63,196 bases of DNA, filler included, from Globobulimina sp. (GCA_003354225.1; 42 parts of 42 records of this genome joined end to end with filler, not necessarily neighbours in it); one strand, 5' to 3'; shown: positions 38,756 to 51,148, counted from the whole stretch's first letter. The notes: a model not told the origin generated them from the sequence alone. A program made the numbers and translations.

Positions 38756-39194
38756 GATATCGCATTGCCAGATATCATACGAATATCAAAACAACTCATG
38801 ACTGGCAATGGTATTTACAACGTGCTGCAATTGTTATGTTGTTATTATTCCTTTTCATATATCACAAGAAACGCAAACAAAAACATATATCATTGACACA
38901 AACAACACAAACAACACAATTAAAAGAATCAGTTGCGTTTATTTTATCGTTGTTTTATGATATTATGATTGGAGCACGAGAAGGTTTGTCGTATTGTGTC
39001 GTTGACAAAGGATTTAAAACCATTTTACTGTTTATCATCGGATTATGTTTTAAAAAATGTCTAACTGTAAATTTTACATCTGGCGGTTTTCATANNNNNN
39101 NNNNNNNNNNNNNNNNNNNNNNNNNNNNNNNNNNNNNNTTAATTAATTAANNNNNNNNNNNNNNNNNNNNNNNNNNNNNNNNNNNNNNNNNNNN

Positions 39195-40320
39195 GCGGTC
39201 GGGTGGCTTTTTCTTTTGCTTTGCTCTTAAAATTAGTTCTCTCATTTGCAGAATGTAGCCATTTGCATGTATTGCCTCGTTTACATTGTCCATTTTTAAA
39301 ATCCCAACACATTTTCCAACCTTTGTCACCATGCTGGAAGGGACATTCTTCATTATTACATAGCCCCTTTTCATAAAATCTGCATTGTGTGGTTTGCTTC
39401 CAACCACGCTTCTTTTTATTTTGATTTGGTTGATATTGGTATTGATTCGATTTATAACCACCGCCATAGCCACTTGTATTATATTTGTTGTATCCACCAC
39501 CCATATTACCCTGACCATGACCATGCGCATTGCCATATGCATTCATATTACCTGACATATTATTATTCATTGTATACTGATCATAAGCATGCATATTGGC
39601 ATTGTGATTATATGCATTATAGTCTCGATTCATGTTGTAATTGTAATTGTAATTATCGCCAATCGCGTATGGACTATTTCGGTTTGGACTGTACGTATTA
39701 CCGTAACCAGCATAGTGAGAGACTGGCGTTTGTACAGTGACCGGGACATGCACCGATCCATTGGTAGGCCGTACAGAGACCGGTGTATGTAGCATGGAAG
39801 CGGGTTGCTGCATATTTGCAGTGAAATTGGTAATCATTGGGAATTGGGGGAATTTCTGTAACATTGGTCGATTGTCACCGCCATAGCCACTGTAACGAAT
39901 TGCAGCTAATTGTATTAGATATTTATATTTATAATGATTATATATTACATTTGTAGAATAGAAATTGTTTGATGTAAATTAACTTTTTTGTTGAGTCATT
40001 AAATCTCCTTTGGAGTCCTGTCGTAGTTTTTGTTTTGATGTTTTATATGTCGGTCGTTTGAAAAGAAAAACAATCGAAACTTGAGACATTGTTAAGTTTG
40101 AATAGATGTTATATATGGCAAATTTGAATGGAATCATCAAATTGGATCGATTTCGAAAGGATTCACTTTGGACAATGAATTCTAACATCAGCATCAGATC
40201 TTTTTTTGATTTGTTTTTGAGGTGATTTACTTTTTCAATATTAAATTTTTTTAATTCTCCTTCGATTGATTCAGGGAATTTATTCATTTTCAACCAGCTA
40301 TTTATCGTTTGTCCGTTCAT
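39195..40320 (-). CDS. Tandem CCCH zinc-finger protein with an N/Y/G-rich low-complexity region; intron 39983..39906
   Basis: CRFYEKGLCNNEECPFQH and CWDFKNGQCKRGNTCKWLH; in-frame splice to an upstream, possibly SAM-like exon. Confidence 0.8.
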
Positions 40321-40925
40321 TGTTATTGGATGAATAGTATGAGAGGTACGGTGATTGACAATTAGATTAAGTGGATGGTATCAGAGTGTTTGAGAAAACT
40401 CTACTTGAGTGGCACTTGTAAAATACTTTTGGGATTCAAATACTTTAGAATAGGACGTGTTTAGAATATTGCCTTTTGGAATTTTTTGATTTAAAGAGCT
40501 TATTCTAAACTCGTCATGTTTTAAATTCGTGATGTATAGAATATTACATTCATACGCCCATAGGCTATAAACAGGCAGTGTTTCAAAAACGAAATGTTTT
40601 GNNNNNNNNNNNNNNNNNNNNNNNNNNNNNNNNNNNNNNNNNNNNTTAATTAATTAANNNNNNNNNNNNNNNNNNNNNNNNNNNNNNNNNNNNNNNNNNN
40701 NTTGGTTATGTTCATCAAAAGTTGAAAATGGGATGTAAAAAAGCATTGGTAATTCAAAAAAAATAAAAAACTATACTCTATACTTTTAATTTTTTGTTGT
40801 GTGAAAACATTTTTTTGAATGAATTTTTGTGCATTTTATTGTGAATCCGTTGCGTTTAAATTTTATTTTTTTTTCTCCTTTTTTCCGTTTTAGACTCACT
40901 ATACTCACAAAACCATCCAAACAAC

Positions 40926-41789
40926 ATGTCAGATTGTGTAATAATATCTGGAACACTTGAGGCCAAATTACGAAACAGACTATTTGCATATTTCCACCAA
41001 CGATATGTCGAATTGGTTTACGTTGAAAGCGAAAATCATAATACTGCCACATCTGGTTATTATGAAATAAGATTACATAAAAGCAAAAATAAATCAGCAT
41101 CCTCCTTATACTCATTTATCATAAATCCAATAGCAATGACATGTTATGTCAACTATCTCAACTCAAATAAACATCAATTTACGTACGTATTCTCTCCCAC
41201 AAACAATTAAAAAACACACAAACGGAAGCAAAACGACAAAAAAACATACTATAAAATCAGTTTTGTGTGTTCATCCCAACGAACATCAATTTGTTTCAGC
41301 GCACAGACTAAATACGAACGCGATGCATGGATCTCTGTCTTGGAACAATTACAATGGCAAAACCAACCAAATACTCGTCACAAAAACACAGCAAATCAAC
41401 AAGAAATATCCCACTCAAATACAACCATCTCACATTCAGATGACACCCAACACACTGACCATGCGGACAGTGATGGCGATGGCGATTTATGTACCAACAT
41501 ATCTTATGTTCTCTCATTAACACAACCAAACACCAACAATAATCACAATTATTATTATAATTATTATAATTCCAACCTATACATCGCAGAAAACCATGCC
41601 AATAAAGCTAGCAATCAATGTTGTTGTAAATCCTGTGATGGCCAAAAATTTACCATATTGGGGTTGTTAAGTGACAAATATGAAAACAGTGACAATCATT
41701 GCAGTCACATTGCTCAATTGCAAGCTGTAAAATTGCCAAAATACAAATCTATCCAATATGCTTCGAGTGTGCTTCCAGTCCAATGTTAG
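40926..41789 (+). CDS. PH-domain protein; intron 41183..41260
   Basis: ISGTLEAK...FHQRYVEL...FSAQTKYERDAWISVL. Confidence 0.75.
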
Positions 41790-42211
41790 TTTTTTTTGGT
41801 TGCGCAGGAATTAATTATTCGTTTTTATTGTACGATTGCCAAATTTGCGCAATTCCTATCTTTTTCGATTAATATTTTGTGGGTGGGTTTACATGAAAAT
41901 TTTGACCTTAGTTTGACAATTCTTTTTTTTTTACTATTTATATTTTGTTTTTTGTTTCCATTCAAAATGAACAATTTTTGTTTCAATTAATTATTAAGTT
42001 TTGTTGAATGTTATGCTTTCTATGTTTGTTTTTTATGTGTATTTTTGCCAAGAAAATTCCGATTATAAATGTGCATTTTGTTGTGGATTATATCGGTTTT
42101 TTCTTTGGNNNNNNNNNNNNNNNNNNNNNNNNNNNNNNNNNNNNNNNNNNNNTTAATTAATTAANNNNNNNNNNNNNNNNNNNNNNNNNNNNNNNNNNNN
42201 NNNNNNNNTTA

Positions 42212-42520
42212 ATGGCTGAAGGAATTATTCGTATTAATGATGAGAATGTGGAAAACCCAAAAAATGAAAATAAATACATTTCTATTCGAATGAATAGTGG
42301 ACATGCAATGAATTTGTATGGATTGCATCCTAATAATACTGTACTGGATGTTAAAAGGAAAATTGAATCAGAAAAAGGTTATGCAATTGCTCAACAACAG
42401 TTGTGTTCAAACGGAAATGTATTAAAAGATGATAGAGCTTTGGCATATTATCATGTTGAACATACTAATAACCTCTTCTTAAAATTAAAACAAGATAAAC
42501 GAACATGTGTTCTTTTGTAA
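42212..42520 (+). CDS. Ubiquitin-like protein ending in a CaaX box (CVLL)
   Basis: TVLDVKRKIESEKG...QQQL..NG.VLKDDRAL; no diglycine; KQDKRTCVLL*. Confidence 0.8.
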   Translation: MAEGIIRINDENVENPKNENKYISIRMNSGHAMNLYGLHPNNTVLDVKRKIESEKGYAIAQQQLCSNGNVLKDDRALAYYHVEHTNNLFLKLKQDKRTCVLL

Positions 42521-42641
42521 ATTTGAAATAAATTTAAATGTCCAAGCAAAAATTAAATATATATAATGATAATTATGTACAGAAATGAATAGGTTTTGCC
42601 TTGTTTTGGAATGCAAGTTTTCATATCAACCACTGCTGTTA

Positions 42642-42678
42642 GGGGTTGTTCTTAATTGCGCAATATAAGAACAACCCC
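42642..42678. repeat. Near-perfect palindrome between convergent genes
   Basis: GGGGTTGTTCTTA (42642-42654) / TAAGAACAACCCC (42666-42678), with inner ATTG-CG-CAAT. Confidence 0.85.
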
Positions 42679-42843
42679 CTTATTGTAATTTTATTATTTA
42701 ATTATATATTAATCATTGGATACATCCAAAAACAATACCTCGCAGCAAACAAAAACAATTAAACTAATGCGAGACATGTACACAGAAACAAAACAAATGA
42801 GAAAAGTCATTAAAAATATAAAAACATTATATAAAGTCCCATT

Positions 42844-43615
42844 TTACATTGAAACTTTAAACACCTCGCTTTTTTGATCATCCTCATCATTATTCCCAGC
42901 ACTTCCAACAGTACCACTCGCAGTCGCAGTCGCAGTAGCAGTAGCACCTGGCGATAATCGTAAACCTTGGGTCGCTCCCTTTGTTGCGCCTTGTCGTGTT
43001 GTCCCTCCACTGGTTGTTTGCATAGTAGCTCCACTTGTTGTCTTTATCCCAACCGATGCATCGACAATAGTGCCACCAGTGGTTGCAGCGCCATCCGTAG
43101 TTGTCGCAGTTGTACCTTCCATACTAAGGGCATTTATATCATCTAAAATAACATCGTCATCATCATCATCCGCAGCAGCTTTATTCTCCGAACCACCCGC
43201 AACTGCAACATGTGCATTGTTATAATCAATTTCATTTCTTTGTTTCCTATTTTTTAAACAATAATATGCGCCTCCAATCAATGCAAAACAAAACAATAGA
43301 CCCAATGCTATAAATAACATAACAAATAATGTTTCATTCTTTTCCATTAGAGTCATTTGCTCATCTTCGCCTTGATCATCTTCGCCTTGATCATTTGAGT
43401 CCTTTCCACCTTGATCTTCATCCGGAGTTGTTACAGTCGTATCAGTTGCAGATACTGTTGTCGTCTCATGGGCAGTGTCTGAGGTAGGTGGTGTACTCGG
43501 TGCCTTTGTGTCAGATGTGGGCCATCTACTTGGCGCAGCTGAAGGTGATAACGTATCGTCAGTTGGTTGTGCAGTTGGATTACGTGTACGGGTTGGATTG
43601 GTTGTTGGTACCGCT
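42844..43615 (-). CDS. Thr/Pro-rich mucin-like single-pass membrane protein (5' truncated)
   Basis: PT-rich stalk open from contig end, one TM segment, Thr-rich tail. Confidence 0.65.
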
Positions 43616-43963
43616 NNNNNNNNNNNNNNNNNNNNNNNNNNNNNNNNNNNNNNNNNNNNTTAATTAATTAANNNNNNNNNNNNNNNNNNNNNNNNNNNNN
43701 NNNNNNNNNNNNNNNAGAGTCAGGTTTCCATTTCATGTTTTGGTTTCATGAAACCAAACGGCAGAAACTTTAGGTTTTATATTTCTTGAAATAATTACAA
43801 ATGTTGTCAAAACGGCGCAGACTTCTTAAAAATATGTCGCAACTATCCTATACCTGAAATTGACGCTAATCATGTTACATGCTGTTTTTAATCTAAACTA
43901 ATATTAGTTTAGTTATCTTAGTATTCAAGATTTTCAGTACAGTGTTTGCACCATCACTCTCCA

Positions 43964-45079
43964 ATGTACACCTCAGCATTATTAGCATTGTTATTTGTGG
44001 TCAATCGTATCCAATCTCAAACAGGAGAAGGATGCTGGGTTAAGTGTTAATACCTAAACATTTGAACATACAAAACCAAAACCAAACCCAAATTCCCAAA
44101 CCACCCCACTCCACACAGAACCAATACCTTCCATGTCAGGAAGCAGGCCAAGTTCGAATCGACGCCATTCACGACCCACGCACAGGTTCATTCATCGGCG
44201 GATGTTACTGTGGTTGTGATTATACCGCCATATACGACCCAACTTCACCATTTTACTGTCCGTCGCCAAAAACAATCAATTATGATCCATACTCTTTATC
44301 CGGTGACTGTGCCTGCCAATGTCCCCCAAATTACCCCCAACCATCCGACTGTACGCCGCCCCATATTTACAACAGCAATGCGTGTTTATGCGAGTGCCCA
44401 AATGAGCCCTCTTCCTGCCCTGCAGGCCAAACCTTCAATTATTTAACCTGTAAATGCGAATGTTATCCATTAGGAGTGCCAGGCGACGCATGTATGGCGT
44501 GGACGGGAGCCGCCTATGCAGACATTCCAAACAGCATCGTATTGCCAGATTGTACGTGTCAGTGCGCTGCCCATGCTCCGGTAATGTCTGACTGTACCGC
44601 TGTGGGGCGGGTGTATGGAATGTGTGACTGTGAATGTCCAGTGAGCGCATGCGCTGTGGGCCAAACCTTGAATAAAGACACGTGTGTTTGTGAATGCCCT
44701 CCTTGCCAAGCAGGTATTTTCTATGATTTGTATGAATAATTGTTTTTGTATTACGTGCCATTGCACAGATGAGGTGTTGTGGAATGCGCCGACTTGCGAC
44801 TGTAGAAAACTTGGCACACCGATTGTGCCGGTAACACCGCCTGGGCCCTATGCGTGGTATTGTTGTCATCCATTGATTGATAATTTTGAGGCTGATTTTG
44901 GGCGATGTTGGGGCTTTACGAGTTATTATGAATGTAATGGAGAGCAATATGGAAGATGTAAGTGGGATGAATCCAAGTGTCATCAAGGAAAACCACAATG
45001 TTTCTTTAGGAATTATGTATGTGCTGAACATACGCAATGTTGTTCGGGTGTTTGTAAAACTGATGGATTATGTAGATAA
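43964..45079 (+). CDS. Secreted CXCXC-repeat cysteine-rich protein with a C-terminal knottin-like module; exons 43964-44038, 44119-44713, 44769-45079
   Basis: Signal peptide MYTSALLALLFVV; both GT-AG introns keep the frame; seven CXCXC motifs; C-x6-C-x5-CC-x3-C-x5-C end. Confidence 0.85.
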
Positions 45080-45836
45080 TGTGCATGTTTTTTTTTTTTT
45101 TTTTTTTGTTTATAGTTGGTTTNNNNNNNNNNNNNNNNNNNNNNNNNNNNNNNNNNNNNNNNNNNNTTAATTAATTAANNNNNNNNNNNNNNNNNNNNNN
45201 NNNNNNNNNNNNNNNNNNNNNNTACATTGCTTAGTTACCTTTTATTTGCTTATTATCATTCGCTTATTGTATACCATTATATTTGTCAAATCTGTACGGC
45301 TTATATTGGTATTTTCGATTTAATTTTGAATCAATTTGCTTTTCATTTGAACCAATTTGCTTTTTATTTGCTTATTCTTTGCCAATATATTTGTCAATTT
45401 TATATGGCCTATATTGGTTTTCCGGATTTCATTTTTAATGATTTTATAATCATTATTCACCATTTAAATATTAATTATTATTATTTACTAAATATTACCA
45501 TATTTATTACTGCTTATATAGCTTATATAGATTTTAATTTTTGTTCACTTATTTATTCTCAATTTATATCTATTTTGGTTTTTAATTTGAGAAATTCTAC
45601 ATTTTCCTTTGATTTTACACCAATTTTGAAATTGTTTTTGATTAATCAGCATTTAAATTGGTTTATAAACTTTGCATTTAATTCCAACCAAATCAATTCT
45701 ATAATTTATAATTTTTTTGTTTTTCTTTTTAAATGTATTTATTACATATCAATTTATCGGATCTCTATGATTTTGAATTATATATTGATTGATATTACCA
45801 ATATTTGTATACCAAATCGATGCGCTATGAATATGG

Positions 45837-46629
45837 ATGAATGCCTTTATTACAATGATGAATACAATAACTATGACGACGATGACTGACCATAAACAAA
45901 GAGAATCTCAACACATTCATCCAGATATAATTAATAGTTATGATATATTGCAACATATTAATAGAGATTATTATGATACCTCTTTATCAGTCTTCTCCTT
46001 AAACATTAATGGTTTATTGATTAATAATGGAAAAGGAGGATATAATACATTTAAATTAGATTTATTACAAGACATTGTTGATGAATTAGAGCCTGTTATT
46101 ATAGCATTACAAGAGGTTTCTGTGCGTTATGCTGCACCGCTGACTCCTCCAGAAATTGTTGGATATTTCCATACTAAAAATGGTATTCCAATGTATGATC
46201 CATGCCTAAAAAATGTGGTGTATATTAAAAATGGATTTGAAGAATATGTTGACGTCGTTCAGATAAATGCTGATCAACGACGACAAATCAAAGGTAATTT
46301 TGTTGATATTGATCTATTAAATAAAGCAAATGGACATTACTCGACATGGGTCGCCATTCATCCTCAACCAAACTCTCATAACACACAAACCATTTTATTT
46401 GCATCATATTATAGATCCCCAAACAATAAAACAGGTATTTCTGATATAAAAATACTAAAATATACTATGGATTATATTTTACAGCAATATAAACAAAAAA
46501 AATGGATTCAACATACATTAACATTGACAAAACAACAAATAAAATCATATATAATTACTGGCGATTTTAATATTCATAACGAAATATTTTCACGTATTGA
46601 TTTTGATGCATATGACACCAAAGACCGAC
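45837..46629 (+). mobile_element. Non-LTR retrotransposon APE-type endonuclease domain (3' truncated)
   Basis: SLNINGL, IIALQEV, SYYRSP and ITGDFNIHN motifs; no introns. Confidence 0.85.
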
Positions 46630-46914
46630 NNNNNNNNNNNNNNNNNNNNNNNNNNNNNNNNNNNNNNNNNNNNTTAATTAATTAANNNNNNNNNNNNNNN
46701 NNNNNNNNNNNNNNNNNNNNNNNNNNNNNTTTGAAGAAATATGTTTTTATGAATTATTTTATAATAATTACCAAGTATTCAAGTTACCAAATTGAACAAT
46801 GTAATAACAGTGCAGCTGCTGTTTATTATTTATTAGATTTTAGAATTATGAATGAATAATTGATGACAATTATAGAACAGTTATTTTGTTTCGCTCACAA
46901 TTATTACTAACGAA

Positions 46915-48077
46915 ATGTCGATGTATTTGTGTATGTTATCAACATTGTTTGCTGTGCTGATTGGTTCTGTTTGTTACGCGATTCAAGTCATTCAACGGAA
47001 ATATCCAAAGTTTGTGAAATTACCAGGTCATTATAAAACCATTGGATGTCAAATATTTAGAATGCCAAACAGTGCCAGATTTAAGATATTTTATCCATCG
47101 TCTTTATCAAATGTACAACAATCAAATAGCAAACGACCAGATAAATATTTCACCGATGACCAAAGTTGTGTGGCATTATCACAAAGCTATAAACTCGCCA
47201 AGTTTTTCGCAAAGTTTTTGAACAATTTAAACAATAGTTATCATCCCATCCCCTTTTTCATGAACGCACCAATTAACACTGACAACAATAGATATCCAGT
47301 ATTATTATTCAGCCATGCCAACTTTTCAACGTTTGATATGTACACACAACTTTGCAGCAGCTTAGCCAGCTTTGGTATTATTATTGCTGTGATAGAACAC
47401 ACCGATAAAAGTGCATTATTCACCACATTATCTGACAACACTGAGTTGTACTTTGAGCCGCCTGATAAAGGGGGCAAATCATGGGAAGAAACAAAGTCTG
47501 TAATGCTGCATCAAATGTTAAAACCTATCCGAATTCCGCAGTTTGTTGCATTTTATAAGTATATAACACAGTATACAAGCAACAATAATATACCTTCAGA
47601 ATTACAAAGTATATTAAAATATGCTGATATGCAAAATGTTATTTGTGCTGGTCATTCATTGGGCGGTGCTACGGTTTTCAAGTCGGTTCAACAAATCACA
47701 GAGAAAAACCTGAGGGGCTTATTGCTGTTGGATCCGTATTTGGAATTTCTGAGCTTGAATGAGCTGAAACAAACAAAATTCAATTTCCCACCAACTCTGC
47801 TAATTAGTTCAGAAAAATGGTACAATTATATGGTGAGTGGTTCGATTAAGAAGAATGCGTATTACTTGCAAGTAATAGTTGAGCTGGCCAGCATGTTTAG
47901 AAAAACAATTGGAGAAGAAACACTTGTTTGGGAATATGCAGAGACATTTGGTCACTATGATTTTACTGACGCACCGATATTAGCTCCGAAGTGTATTTCT
48001 GGACTCAACAAATTGTTTACAGCGCAACAATGGAATGATTTATTATGTAAAAGATGTTTAACATTTATTTGTGATGT
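46915..48077 (+). CDS. PAF-acetylhydrolase-like alpha/beta hydrolase
   Basis: IFYP, YPVLLFSH, LASFGIIIAVIEHTD, GHSLGG nucleophile motif, HYDFTD. Confidence 0.85.
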
Positions 48078-48236
48078 TATACCTTCAGAATTACAAAGTA
48101 TATTAAAATATGCTGATATGCAAAATGTTATTTGTGNNNNNNNNNNNNNNNNNNNNNNNNNNNNNNNNNNNNNNNNNNNNTTAATTAATTAANNNNNNNN
48201 NNNNNNNNNNNNNNNNNNNNNNNNNNNNNNNNNNNN

Positions 48237-48446
48237 GCAAAACATCCGGAACAAATCAAGCTTGGCGAGGTTGTCAAGTTGTTCGAACTGCCGGATGAAC
48301 CGGAAGGGTGCTTATGCAATTTACAGGAGTGCATTATTAAAGATGAGTGCCAGTTGAGGATCGTATGGCTGAAAGCCGTAACGGCATTTTACGAAAAACT
48401 TGACGCAACTTCAATTGCAGACCTTGAGATGGAATGCTGTGAGTAA
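48237..48446 (+). CDS. Bacterial Rrf2-family regulator, C-terminal part
   Basis: AKHPEQIKLGEVVKLFE...C.C....C.....C.LRIVW...TSIADL; absent from the ORF track because it lacks a start. Confidence 0.75.
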   Translation, partial: AKHPEQIKLGEVVKLFELPDEPEGCLCNLQECIIKDECQLRIVWLKAVTAFYEKLDATSIADLEMECCE

Positions 48447-48589
48447 GCTGTTCCTTCCGGCACTGGCGTGCTGAATTCAGGTCGGATATGAAGAAATAGT
48501 CGGGGAAACTGACAGATTCTATCATTATATAACGATAACGATGCGGACTGTCACTTAAATATTAATTTTTTTTAAAGTTTGGAGGTATT

Positions 48590-49276
48590 ATGGGAGATTA
48601 CATTGTTTGGGCAAATTTGGGCTCGGGGACGAAGCTGGTCATGAATCAGCTTCATTATGGCGGATTCCTTTTCATGGTACTGGCTTACACCTACAAAATT
48701 TATCAGTTTTTTCAAAAGCCTTTAGCAGTCGAAGGAACTCCTGCACGCGGTGATCACAACAAGGCAATCAAATATGCCTACATGACACTTGCCATGCCAT
48801 GGGAACTCGAAAGTCAGTCGCGTCACTGGTTCAGATATATTGAGTTTGCATTGTTCCATGTTGCAATGGCAGTGGGCATTGGTTATGCGTTTGTTTCGCC
48901 GGTTATACCGGAAGTCATGAAAAACCCTGTTATATGCGCTTTCAGCCAGCTCTTTTTTGTATTAGGGTTTCTTATCGGTCTTTCCAGACTTTTACGCAGA
49001 TTGTTTATTACGGAAATGCGAAAGATCTCTTCACCTGATGACTATTTCTGTCTTATCCTGCTTACGCTCTGGATGTTTTCAGGAATTTTTGCCGCTCCTC
49101 TAAAGAATGAAAGCTGGCTGTTTATGTACTACTGTATGGCAACGTTCTTCCTGTTCTATGTACCGTTTTCAAAAATCAGCCACTATGTCTATTATCCGTT
49201 TATCCGGTTCTACGTAGGCAAACACTTTGGACACCGGGGCACATTTCCGAAAAAACACAGCAGCGATATGACATAA
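48590..49276 (+). CDS. NarI-like membrane cytochrome b subunit (HmcE/TmcC/DsrM family), bacterial
   Basis: GGAGG RBS; LFHVAM, RKISSPDDYF, YVPFSKISHY. Confidence 0.8.
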   Translation: MGDYIVWANLGSGTKLVMNQLHYGGFLFMVLAYTYKIYQFFQKPLAVEGTPARGDHNKAIKYAYMTLAMPWELESQSRHWFRYIEFALFHVAMAVGIGYAFVSPVIPEVMKNPVICAFSQLFFVLGFLIGLSRLLRRLFITEMRKISSPDDYFCLILLTLWMFSGIFAAPLKNESWLFMYYCMATFFLFYVPFSKISHYVYYPFIRFYVGKHFGHRGTFPKKHSSDMT

Positions 49277-49335
49277 AATCAACCAACTATCAGGTCATCA
49301 AAAGGACCTTTACCACATATTACAAGGAGACTGAT

Positions 49336-49642
49336 ATGGCTATAAGTGAAAAAGCAAAATCTTTTAATAAAAATTTCAAGGCACGTACAAACCGACAACA
49401 TGCCCTTTCGTTTGCAGCTTGTGTTCATTGCGGCACATGTAATGATTCCTGTCACTATTATCTTGCGACAGGCGATCCGGAAATGACACCGGCTGCAAAA
49501 ATGGATAAAATCCGTCAGGTATACAAACGACAGAATGACTGGCTTGGAAAGATAGTTCCCGGCTGGGTAAATGCAAAAGAAATTGAAACAGATGAGGAAC
49601 TTAAAGATCTTCAGGACACGGTTTTCGGATCATGCACCGGCT
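49336..49642 (+). CDS. Fe-S protein of the HmcF/TmcB/DsrK (HdrD-like) family, N-terminal part, bacterial
   Basis: AGGAG RBS; CVHCGTCNDSCHYYLATGDP, then CTG at the contig end. Confidence 0.82.
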
Positions 49643-49742
49643 NNNNNNNNNNNNNNNNNNNNNNNNNNNNNNNNNNNNNNNNNNNNTTAATTAATTAANN
49701 NNNNNNNNNNNNNNNNNNNNNNNNNNNNNNNNNNNNNNNNNN

Positions 49743-50727
49743 AAAGATAATCAATTATTAGTTTCTGATAACGAGAAATATAAACAATTATTAACAAAAT
49801 TGCGAGAAACAGAAAATAATTTACAACAGAAACATAATGCGGAAGTTGCTGAATTACATGACTTTGAAAGGCGATTTGATGAATTAACTCAAAAATATCA
49901 ACGGCAATGTGATAAAACTATAAATGCAGAAATGAGAGCTGCTGAATATAATGATCAGGTACATAATACAATAAATACATAATAAATAATGTACATAATG
50001 CATAACAAATAATGTACAGATTGAGGAAATGAAACATTTTTCTGAATCTGAGCATATTAATTCGCGATCGGATGGATTGCCTCATGGTCGATCATTATTG
50101 CCACAGAGGACAATGGCGAGACTTACTTCATCGCGGAAAATGATATTGAATGTACCGTCAATACCAAATTCATTTCGACTCAGTACAGCAAAGCTATTAA
50201 CATCAGTGGCGAGTTCTTTTCTTGATAGTCCTCGTTATAATTATAATGGTTTGCAAACTCGTAATTATAATTATGATGATACTGATACAGATTCTGTTAA
50301 TACGCAGTCTTCGTTTATGGCGGATCAGGACTTTACGATAAAACCGGATGGCGCTGTTCGTGGTGGTACCGGTTCAAGGAAATCAAGCCGGCAATTACTT
50401 GTTGAGACAGTTAATACTGCCAAAAATAGTGTAAATAACTAGGAAAAGCAAGAAAATGAGGCATTTAAATTAGAGGAAGAGATCAAAAAAGAAATGAAGG
50501 AATTACAGGAACAGTTACAAAGGGAATATAATGTGGAATTTGAGAAAAAAAAAGAGGAATTAATTGGTGCACATGATGAGAGTTTGTTGTTTATGACAAA
50601 GGAACATAATAAATTAAAAAAACAGGTGGAGGATATACAAAATAAGTATAGGGCTCTATTGATGGAGAAAGAACCAATAAAATTATCCACATTTGCTAGG
50701 ATTTTATCATATATTTTTGCCTTTTGA
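49743..50727 (+). CDS. Coiled-coil protein fragment, multi-exon
   Basis: Consecutive E/K/Q-rich ORFs, with a GT-AG gap near 49959-50019. Confidence 0.45.
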
Positions 50728-50929
50728 ATGAGCATCTTCTACGACACTTTATTATAATTTGCATGCTGTTTGCGCTTTTTCCGAGTTTCCCGTTTTTCAA
50801 GTCACTAAATAATTATTTTTAATCATTGCTGTGAAAACATTAAAGCTTAAAAAAACTCAATTTGGGATACTTATTCTGTTTGGTGTGTTGGTCCTTTGCA
50901 TATTTTATTATCACACAAGCAAGTCAAGA

Positions 50930-51148
50930 ATGAAGGCAATGCCAACGATGATGCCGATGATGCCAATGACGGGTTGTTTACCAAAAATGATGGACAGTTA
51001 TATGGCATGTATGATGAATATGAAATCGTATTTCCATACTGGAACATGTGAATGTTTATTATTTGAATCTTGGGAAGTCAGAGATGCTGGGGATTATTTT
51101 TTATTTGCTGCTATTTTATTTTGTATTTGTGCAGTCCGCGATGGTGTA
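50930..51148 (+). CDS. Ctr-family copper transporter, N-terminal part
   Basis: Met-rich N-terminus, MKSYFHTG...LLFESW, first TM segment. Confidence 0.8.

Noticed and set aside
44701-44770. Readthrough or frameshift in the Cys-rich gene
   Set aside because: A 55-nt GT-AG intron (44714-44768) explains the frame change
48078-48136. Internal duplication in the PAF-acetylhydrolase C-terminus (copy of 47589-47647)
   Set aside because: An exact 59-bp copy at the very end of the contig is typical of an assembly or amplification artefact
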